Shown here piece by piece: positions 9,503-18,540 of a stretch of 20,437 nucleotides of DNA. Position numbers and translations under genes: made by a program. This DNA comes from Octopus sinensis. Its lineage: Eukaryota. The DNA lies in the NCBI RefSeq assembly GCF_006345805.1, contig NW_021824463.1, positions 1 through 20,437 on the forward strand, in the 5' to 3' direction. The notes below the pieces were generated by a model that worked only from the letters and a program-made list of their open reading frames with translations, had not been told where the DNA came from and ran no database searches. How positions within the stretch are numbered: the stretch's first letter is position 1; each line of letters starts with the position of its first letter.

Positions 9503-10401
9503 GTGATTGTGTGCGTGTATGCATGTTTTGTGTGCGTGTATGTGTGTTTTGAGTATATGTATGAAGAAGAGGATTAATGTAATATTTAGCTGTTGATATA
9601 AAATTACTGCACTAAAAACACACGCACTTGTATTTCGCTTCAGTTATATATATTATGAATTAATTGGGTCGTTTGTTTATTAATTAGTTAATTGATAACA
9701 TAATTGGATTATTAATTTTTCAAAGTTCTTTTTTTACAGCTTGTGATCTTATCGATGATGATATCTTCGCTGCTGATGACATCTCTGCATTATTGAGAAG
9801 TCCCTGTTCTTTAGTCTTTGCTAATTAATGTCCTGGTGATCTTTTGTTGCATTTTCGTATGCAGACTTTTAATTGGAGAAGTAGTGGTGTACATACTTCT
9901 GCTTGTAATGGTCAAGGTTTGTGTGTGTGTGTGTGTGTGTGTATGTGTGTGTATCTGTGAGAGTGAGACATCTTCACTCTTCTCTCTCTATGTATATATA
10001 GATTTTGTTTGTGTATGTATATATATATATATATATATATATAATTATTATTTGAGGGAATAAAATCAAAACTTTACAGGGAAAAAATATTCAATTTAGA
10101 AATACTAAATCAAATTTCACACAATATAATATATAATATAAAAATTAGAAAAAACCCATTTTTTCAATTCAAAATGAACAATTAAATACATACACAGCCA
10201 TCTAGAAAATTACATATAATAGAAATATTAAAATTAAAATAACAATAAAATGTCAATGATTAAGTAAATTGCAAAAAAATAATAAAAACGTATATAATAT
10301 GTAATTTTCTCGATGGTGTAATTTAATTGTTCATTTTGAATTGATAAAGGTGTTTTTTTTTCTAATTATATATAATTATATAAGGATCGTTATTTAAAAT
10401 A

Positions 10402-10906
10402 CACATTAAATGTTCATACAGCACCAGGAAGAAGACAAAGAGACAAAATAAACTAGCAAAAAATTTTAATAATAATTAATTATTATTATTAGCTTTGAAG
10501 GATTTTATTCTCATGCTGGCCACCTGATAAGATCGGTATTTTAAATAACGATCTTATACTTATTTATATAATTTATCGTCATTATATTCACTGCGGTGGT
10601 ATTTTGTCCATATTGCACGAGGAGTTTTAGACGGGCAATTTAAACTGGTCGTGTGCATACGTGCATATATATGTATATATACGTTTGTATATGTAAGTAT
10701 CGTATGTTGTATATATATTATATATATATATTAAATATTATATATATAATTTTGATTTATGTGCTATCTGCGTATATTCCAAGATGAAGGCAAAACATTT
10801 CTTATGCAGAGTCAGAAATCCGGGATCTGGATTATCCAGTAATTTTTTTGCCAGCTTATTTTCTCTCTTTGTCTTCTCTCCTGGTGCTGTATGAACTTTT
10901 AATGTG
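10402..10906. repeat. Pair of ~64-bp inverted repeats about 375 bp apart, possibly the termini of a non-autonomous DNA element
   Basis: CACATTAAATGTTCATACAGCACCAGGA-AGAAGACAAAGAGACAAAATAAACTAGCAAAAAATT (10402-10465) matches the reverse complement of 10841-10906 with few mismatches. Confidence 0.7.
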
Positions 10907-10979
10907 GTTTTAGAGTCAAGTTTTGGATGATATATCTAGCATAGTGGTATCTCTTAGATACCCTTAATTATAATTTTAA

Positions 10980-11010
10980 TGTATATACACATACACACAC
11001 ACACACACCC

Positions 11011-11086
<76 letters not shown>

Positions 11087-11145
11087 CAACACATATATAT
11101 TATATATATATATATTACATATAAATATATGATTGTTATATACGT
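10980..11145. repeat. (CA)n/(TA)n microsatellite
   Basis: Direct inspection. Confidence 0.95.
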
Positions 11146-11309
11146 ATATGCGCGCGCGGATGTAGGTATTTGAGAAATAAGGATAAACACAAGTTTATAT
11201 TATCGTTCTTACGTGTGTTTCACCATTATATTCGATCGGAGCACAGCAATATGTTTTCCAAGTAATGCTCAACTACAACGGATCACCCGGGAACATTTTA
11301 CGGCATTAA

Positions 11310-11521
11310 GTTGGCGAGCTGGTAGAATCGTTACCGCGCCGTGCAAAATGCTTAGCGGCATTTCGTCCGTCTTTACGTTCTGAGTTCAAATTCCACCGTG
11401 GTCGACTTTACATTTCATCCTTTTGGGGCGATAAAATAAGTACCAGTTGTTTACTGGGGTGGATGTAATCCACTATCCGCTCCCCCGAATTTCAGGCCTT
11501 GTGCCTATAGTAGAAAGAATT
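11310..11521 (+). mobile_element. SINE family B, monomer (module b ending)
   Basis: GGCGAGCTGGTAGAATCGTT..GTTCTGAGTTCAAATTCC..AATTTCAGGCCTTGTGCCTATAGTAGAAAGAATT. Confidence 0.88.
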
Positions 11522-11911
11522 AAGTTACAGATTTATACACACATACACACATATACATCTGTACATCTTTAATAAAAAAAAAGCACAATTCTCTCTGTCG
11601 TCTGGAACCCTTGTATCTCAGGCTACCTTTTTTCTGAATCAGGATGATCCTAGAATTGAAAATCTGCCCTTCATTTGGTCCTTGAACATCCAGTATTGGG
11701 ATCTGATTTAAAAGCATTTGGGTTGCTATTTCTAGCAGGAAAAGCTTGGCTGATTCACGCCATCTTGGTTGGCGGTTGTCAGATTACGTCAGAGATCAAG
11801 GGAGAGGGGGCGGAGATAAATTACATTCGCTTCTCTAATTTTACGTCGAGGTAAGAACTTTGGAACACATCGTCAACTGTTGGAATTCAACTTGGGACTG
11901 GAACAATAAAA

Positions 11912-11995
11912 TGGTTGCATTACAGAATAAATTCTCATCCGTCGTGTTTGATCCGAGGTTAAGGACGGATGAGAATTTATTCTGTAATGCAACCA
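11912..11995. other. Perfect 32-bp inverted repeat with a 20-nt loop
   Basis: TGGTTGCATTACAGAATAAATTCTCATCCGTC (11912-11943) is the exact reverse complement of 11964-11995. Confidence 0.95.
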
Positions 11996-12047
11996 ATCTG
12001 TGGTATTGAGCAGAATATATTCTGTAGCCCATCTTTTATACCAAGAC

Positions 12048-12115
12048 TATTATTATTATTATTATATTATTATATTATTATTATTATTATATTATTATTA
12101 TTATTATTATTATTA
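12048..12115. repeat. (TTA)n microsatellite
   Basis: Direct inspection. Confidence 0.97.
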
Positions 12116-12117
12116 AT

Positions 12118-12275
12118 GTTCTGAGTTCAAATGCCACCGAGGTCGACTTTCATCCTTTCGGGTCGATAAATTAAGTACCAGTTGTGTACTGGGATCAATG
12201 AAGTCGAGTTACTCCCCCTCCCCCCCGCTTCCCACACAAATTTCAGGCCCCTTGTGCCTATAGTAGAAGATATTA
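12118..12275 (+). mobile_element. SINE family B, 5'-truncated monomer (module b)
   Basis: GTTCTGAGTTCAAATGCCACCGAGGTCGACTTT..AAATTTCAGGCCCCTTGTGCCTATAGTAGAAGATATTAT. Confidence 0.85.
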
Positions 12276-12405
12276 TACTGCATATTATATATATATATTA
12301 TATATTATATATATATATATATATAATATATATACTATATATATATATAATATATACGGGAAGACAATGCTTAAAATGTTCCCATCGTAGCCACGTATTT
12401 CGGAA

Positions 12406-12473
<68 letters not shown>

Positions 12474-12495
12474 CGTGAAAACAATGCTTAAAATG

Positions 12496-12972
12496 TCCCA
12501 CTGAGTGGCATCTTATGTAAGTGTCTTCTACTGTAGCCTCTGGACTGACCAATGACTTGTGAATGAATTTAGATGTGACGGAAACTGTGTGGAAGCACGT
12601 CATATATGTGTGTGTGTGAAGCATGACATATGTGTGTGTGTGTGTGTGAAGCATGTCAAATGTGTGTGTGTGTGTGTGTTTGTGTTTGTATCCTCTCCGC
12701 TTGATGACGGTGTTAGGGTGTTTATGTCTCGGTAAGTCAGTGGTTCGGTAAAACAGACCGATAGTAAGAGTATCAAACTCACATAAATAAGTAAAAATAA
12801 ACGAAAATAACAAATAGATAAATAAGGCAAATAGATAAATAAATAAACAAAATAAATCAATAAAACAAACAAACAAATAAATAAATAAATAAATAAACTA
12901 AAGATTTGAAGTGCGTGCCCCAGCATGGCCGTAGTCCAATGACTGAAACAAGTAAAAGAATAAAAGAATAAT
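12496..12972 (+). mobile_element. SINE family A, 5'-truncated and diverged, with expanded internal repeats
   Basis: GTCCCACTGAGTGGCATCTT..AAGTGTCTTCTACTGTAGCCTC, then a TG-rich linker, then ..CAGCATGGCCGTAGTCCAATGACTGAAACAAGTAAAAGAATAAAAGAATA. An (AAAT)n array occupies about 12781-12897. Confidence 0.82.
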
Positions 12973-13071
12973 AGAATGATAGAATAAAACAGGGAATTTT
13001 GAGAAAAGAACACCATTCCGTGAAGTGGTGCACCCACCGAGCTGTAAAAGGTTGCTAAGCGCAGATCAAGA

Positions 13072-13090
13072 AATAATAATAATAATAATG

Positions 13091-13129
<39 letters not shown>

Positions 13130-13187
13130 TAATAATAACAACAATAACAATAATATAATAATAATAATAATAATAACAACAATAACA

Positions 13188-13247
<60 letters not shown>

Positions 13248-13333
13248 CAATAACAATAAAATACTAATAATAATAAAATAATATAATAATAATATATAAT
13301 AATAATAACAACAATAACATAATAATAATAATA

Positions 13334-13366
<33 letters not shown>
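13072..13366. repeat. (AAT)n microsatellite, about 295 bp
   Basis: Direct inspection. Confidence 0.98.
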
Positions 13367-13369
<3 letters not shown>

Positions 13370-13440
13370 GTCGCGATGGCCACGACCAGAAAGCGTCTGA
13401 TCCTATGTCTCTCTTCTATTCGGGCTAACCTGAGGTTATC

Positions 13441-13580
13441 CATCGTCATCATCATCAGCATCATTATCCTCATCATCACCACCAACATCGCTATTAATAT
13501 CAGCACCGCTACCGCCACCGACACCACCACCGCCGCCACCCCCGCCGCGGCCACCACCATTACCAACAAAAACAACAACA
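13441..13580. repeat. Degenerate trinucleotide tract (ATC, ACC/GCC, AAC)
   Basis: Direct inspection. Confidence 0.8.
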
Positions 13581-14608
13581 CCTTGCGTTATTCTGATATC
13601 TATCGTCCTTATAAGTTCCTTCGCAACAATATTGACTCCGAGACTTTGTAGTCCAACAGAAATAAATAAATAAATAAATAAATATTTACTAAGATTAATC
13701 TTTTTTTTGTTGTTGTTGTTGCTTTGTCATTTGTTTCCAGCTGTTTATTTATTTATTCTTTTATTTCCTTTTTTTTTTTTTTTTTCCTTATGCCGAAATG
13801 TGTCTTGCAGATACATACATATATTTCTCTAAAAACATCAAAAGCTTGGAAAATCTTAACCAATTCTCTTTTATTTCTTTGCACAAAACGAACGAAAGCT
13901 TTTATAAGAATTTCTTCGGTATATAGATTAATCGACTGATTTTGTTCGACACCCTCTAGGGAAATACGATAACTTATTGTAAGGTATTTTAATTCTGTAT
14001 ACATAAAACTATATATTTAGTTCTGCTGCTCTAAAATTATTTTGTGCAAAGGGTTAAAAACTTTACTGTGAGAATGAAAAAAGAAGAGATAAAAAAAGGA
14101 ACGAAAAAGAAAAGAGAAAAGGAAAAGAAAGAAAAACGAAACTGATATGAGTCTGATAATAGAATATCAGAATTTGCCGTATATTTTAGTTTTGGTCTTA
14201 TTCAGTTTAAAGAAATTCTCAGAAAAACTCCCCCACATCCTTTCTAATCAGATTGGGTAAGTAAAAAACCCGAGTTGGAAAACCAGAATAAATTATCCGT
14301 TGATGTAGATTTGACAATAAATGTATGCAACGTATGAGAAGCGTAAAGAGTGGAGACAACATGTCTGTGAACCAGTGTTTGAAGTGCTGTTGGTGAGAGG
14401 GTAGAGACTACGCTTAATCAATTGAATGGACGTTTTTTAGTTGTGGTTTAGAATATCTTTGTGTGTGTCTAAGCAGCTCTAGCACCGTCCCAGATGTTGA
14501 GGTGGATGCAGTATTTCATTGTGAGCTATAACTTGAGATCTTATAGGGTTATATAGAATTTTATAGCAATTTTTGGGCGCGTGTTATGCAACACTGAATT
14601 CGCTTAAA

Positions 14609-14820
14609 TTTTTATCGTTGGCTTGTTTCAGTCATTGGGCGGTGACCATGCTGGGGCACTGCCTTGAAGGGTTTTGTAGAAACAAATCAATTTTTTTTCT
14701 ACAGGTTGATACTTATTTTATCGGTCATTTTACTTTTGCTGAATCTATAAAGTTACGAGGATGCAAACCAACCAGCATCGGTTGTCAAGCGGTTGTGGGA
14801 ACTAACACAAAGGCATACAC
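14609..14820 (-). mobile_element. SINE family A, 3' half, diverged
   Basis: CTTGTTTCAGTCATT..CATGCTGGGGCACTGCCTTGAAG..CCAGCATCGGTTGTCAAGCG is the reverse complement of the family A 3' half. Confidence 0.8.
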
Positions 14821-14972
14821 GATGAATATATATATATATATATACACATATTTGAAGGAAACCACTATGTGGACACCATTATGCTAGAAATAGATCCGCT
14901 ATGGTCTTACCACTACGAAATGTTCTCAAGAAAAATTTAGCAAAGCAACCAAAACGTAATCGAGCAAGACAA

Positions 14973-15028
14973 AAGAAAAAGCAATAAAAATATGGATTTT
15001 TATTTCCATATTTTTATTGCTTTTTCTT
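14973..15028. other. Perfect 24-bp inverted repeat with an 8-nt loop
   Basis: AAGAAAAAGCAATAAAAATATGGA (14973-14996) is the exact reverse complement of 15005-15028. Confidence 0.92.
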
Positions 15029-15225
15029 AGCGTAGTTCTCAGGGAGATTTAGCGTGACACAGAGGGTGACAAGGCTGGCCATTTTAACTACAGGTGTAAA
15101 TCATTGTCGCCAGCTGACTGAACTGGAGCAATGAAAAATCAAGAACACAACGCGCGTCTAGGAATCGAACCTACGACCCTACGATCGCGAGCCGAATACC
15201 CTAACCATTAATCTCACGCCTGCAC
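15026..15225 (-). mobile_element. SINE with a D-like central segment and a C-like 3' body, 3'-truncated
   Basis: Minus strand reads tRNA-like head (TGGTTAGGG, GGTTCGATTCC), then GTTGTGTTCTTGA..TTGCTCCAGTTCAGTCAGCTG, then CCAGCCTTGTCACCCTCTGTGTCACGCTAAATCTCCCTGAGAACTACGCTAAG, as in the 2438-2828 copy. Confidence 0.82.
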
Positions 15226-15279
15226 GCAGACCAATGGTGGAAGTATTGTTTATGGCAGTATGGGTAGTGATAGCACTAT

Positions 15280-15405
15280 GGCGGTGATTTTGGTGGTGAT
15301 GGTGGAAATTTGCTGATGTTGGAGGCGGCGGTGGTGTGGTGGTGGTGGTGGTAGTAGCAGTGTTAGTTGCGGTGATGAGGGGGTGATGTAGTTGTGGTGG
15401 CAGTG
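15280..15405. repeat. Degenerate (GGT)n tract
   Basis: Direct inspection. Confidence 0.8.
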
Positions 15406-15587
15406 TTAATGAAGTAGGTGAATGACGTCATAGAGCGACGGCATTAGTGATTGTTTCTGATTAGCGATGGAATTGGTCGATGTGATGAACATAGATGGTG
15501 ACTTACAATCATTTCTGCTTGGTCGGTTATCGGGAATTCTTTGAGACAAAGCCAGAACTTTCCAGAAACAGACACAGACTTTTAGGG

Positions 15588-15814
15588 ATATATATATATA
15601 TAATATATGTATGTATGTTATGTATATATGTGTGTATGTATGTATGTATATTAAATATGTATATATGTATAATATTAATATTTATATGTGTATATATATA
15701 CATACATATATATATATATATATATCTATATTCATATGTATATATATATATATATGTATATATATATGTATATATATATGTACATATATATATATATATG
15801 TATCTATATATATG

Positions 15815-15853
<39 letters not shown>

Positions 15854-16227
15854 CTAGAATAACTTAGAAAGGTTTTGGCCAGTATTGGCCCGGCCATGTC
15901 TAACTTAATAGCACATAATATATATGTATGTATGTATGTATATATGTGTGTATGTATGTATGTATATTTATATGTGTATATATGTATGTATATTTATATA
16001 TTTATATGGGTATATATATATATATACATACATATATATATGTATATATATATATTCATGATGTATATATATATAGTGTATATATATATGTATATATATA
16101 TATATATTATATGGATATATAATATATATATACATACATATATATATGTATATATATATATTCATATGTATATATATATATGTTTATACATATATATATG
16201 TATTAAAATATATATATATATATATAT
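15588..16227. repeat. (TA)n/(TATG)n arrays flanking a ~65-bp unique island (15854-15917)
   Basis: Direct inspection. Confidence 0.95.
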
Positions 16228-16634
16228 GCGCAGGAGTGGCTGTGTGGTAAGTAGCTTGCTTACCAACCACATGGTTCCGGGTTCAGTCCCACTGCGTGGC
16301 GTCTTGGGCAAGTGTCTTCTGCTATAGCCTCGGGCCGACCAATGCCTTGTGAGTGGATTTGGTAGACAGAAACTGAAAGAAGCCTGTCGGATATATGTAT
16401 ATATATATGTATGTGTGTGTATGTTTGTGTGTCTGTGTTTTTCCCCAGCATTGCTTAACAACCGATGCTGGTGTGTTTATGTCCCCGCACTTAGCGGTTC
16501 GGCAAAAAGAGACCAATAGAATAAGTACGGGGCTTACAAAGAATAAGTCCGGGGTCGAGTTGCTCGATTAAGGCGGTGCTCCAGCATGCCGCAGTCAATG
16601 ACTGAAACAAGTAAAAGAGTAAAAGAGTAAAAGA
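16228..16634 (+). mobile_element. SINE family A, full-length bipartite copy (head, internal TA/TG microsatellite, 3' half, (GTAAAAGA)n tail)
   Basis: GCGCAGGAGTGGCTGTGTGG (A-box), GGTTCAGTCCC (B-box), CORE-like CTTGGGCAAGTGTCTTC, linker at about 16391-16435, tail AAGTAAAAGAGTAAAAGAGTAAAAGA. It resembles octopus tRNA-derived SINEs (OK/OR1/OR2 group); exact family not assigned. Confidence 0.95.
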
Positions 16635-17071
16635 TATATATATATATGTATGTACATAGATATATATTGTATATATATATGTATGTATATGTATATATAT
16701 ATATAGATATATATATATATTATATATATTATATATATGTATGTATATATATATATATATATATAAACATACATACACATATGTATGATACATATATATA
16801 AACATGCATATCTATCTATATCCATCATCTATCTATCTATCTATCTATCCTCTATCTATCTATCTATCGATCTATATATCTATATATGTGTGTGTGTACA
16901 TATATTATATATATATATATATATAATATATTATATATGTATGTGTCTGTGTGATATATATGCATATTATATACATATACACACATATGTATATATACAT
17001 ATATTTTTTACATATATAACATATGTATTTATATATAGTATATATATATACTATATATATATATACGTATA

Positions 17072-17115
<44 letters not shown>

Positions 17116-17145
17116 CCACTTATATTATATATATACATATACACA

Positions 17146-17177
<32 letters not shown>

Positions 17178-17190
17178 TCACACACACATA
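16635..17190. repeat. Compound (TA)n/(TCTA)n/(CA)n microsatellite
   Basis: Direct inspection. Confidence 0.95.
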
Positions 17191-17473
17191 ATGTGACGTC
17201 TGTCGATTCCGTTAATCGAATCTGGCTCTTCCGAACACCAACTGACAGAGCACATCTACATGGCCACTAAACTAGTTGAAACTAACAACACACATCATAT
17301 TAGTAATACTGGAAAAGACATCGACGTAGAATAATTTGGCGATTTCAGTGATATCTACAATTTAATTAATGTTACAAACAAACAAAATAAAATGTGTAAA
17401 TAAAGATAAATTATTTTAATCAATGAATGCAAAGTTATTTGCCGACAGACATTTTAAAATAAGCAATAGTCAT

Positions 17474-17820
17474 GTGAAGACGCATAGTACAGTGGTAAGA
17501 GGGTTGGAATGACTATCATGAGATAGTGAGTCCGATTCTCGGATCGGATTTTCGGGTTGTGATTTGTGTTCTTGAGCAAGACACTTTATTTTACATTGCT
17601 CCAGTTCACTCAGCTGTAGAAATGAGTTGCAAAGTCACTGGTGCCAAGCTGTATCGGCCTTTGATTTTCCCTTGGACAACATCGGAGCGGGGAGGCTGGT
17701 ATACATTGGTGACTGCTGGTTTTCCATAAACGACCTTGCTCACACTTATGCCTCGGGGGGTAACTTTCTTGGTACAATTCCGTTGTCATTCACGACCGAA
17801 GGGAAGGGGGTCTTTATTTA
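17474..17820 (+). mobile_element. SINE family D-related copy with a different 3' tail, diverged
   Basis: GAAGACGCATAGTACAGTGGTAAG head, CORE-like TGTGTTCTTGAGCAAGACACTTTATTTTACATTGCTCCAGTTCACTCAGCTG, and a tail ending CATTCACGACCGAAGGGAAGGGGGTCTTTATTT. Confidence 0.75.
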
Positions 17821-17852
17821 AGCAACAGTCATATACAGATTTGATTCAGGGC

Positions 17853-18265
17853 CTCTTTTACTCTTTTTCTCCCCTCTTTTACTTGTTTCAGTCATTTGAC
17901 TGTGGCCATGCTGGAGCACCGCCTTTAGTCGAGTAAATCGACCGCAGGACTTATTCTTTGAAAGCCTAGTACTTATTCTATCGGTCGCTTTTGCCGAACC
18001 GCTAAGCTACGAGGACGTAAACACACTAGCATCGGTTGTCAAGCGATGTTGGGGGGACAAACACAGAGACACAAACATATACACACAAACATATATATAT
18101 GTATACATATATACGACGGGCTTCTTTCAGTTTCCGTCTACCAAATCCACTCACAAGGCTTTGGTCGGCCCGAGGCTATAGTAGAAGACACTTGCCCAAG
18201 TTGCCACGCAGTGGGACTGAACCCGGAACCATGTGGTTCGTAAGCAAGCTACTTAGCACACAGCC
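17853..18265 (-). mobile_element. SINE family A, near full-length
   Basis: Colinear reverse complement of 16228-16634; it lacks the first ~10 nt of the head. Confidence 0.93.
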
Positions 18266-18267
18266 AT

Positions 18268-18427
18268 ATACGACGAGCTTCTTTCAGTTTTCGTTTACCA
18301 AATCCACCCACAAGGCTTTGGTCGGCCCGAAGCTATTGTACAAGATATTTGCCCAAGGTGCTACGCAGTGGGATGACTCCAGAAACATTTGGTTGGAAAG
18401 CAAGCGTCTTACCACACAGCCACGCCT
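18268..18427 (-). mobile_element. SINE family A, extra 5' half in tandem upstream of the previous copy
   Basis: ACGACGAGCTTCTTTCAG..CACAAGGCTTTGGTCGGCCCGAAG..TTACCACACAGCCACGCCT. Confidence 0.88.
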
Positions 18428-18540
18428 TTCTTTCGTTGCCGCATAATTTTGTTTTATGCTGAATTTTGCTAATACTTAAAATTTATCCCCATCTCAACTT
18501 CAATAATTCGTTTCTGCTTGGCAGGATGTGTAAATTCAAA

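Noticed and set aside
12990-13070. Short unique island open as GNFEKRTPFREVVHPPSCKRLLSADQE
   Set aside because: There is no polypyrimidine acceptor or good donor, and it is too short to distinguish from chance.
15505-15565. Minus-strand 51-nt segment [17 protein letters not shown] ending at a GTAAGT
   Set aside because: The acceptor is poor (GGAAAG), the donor lacks exonic consensus and no homology is recognised; chance occurrence is likely.
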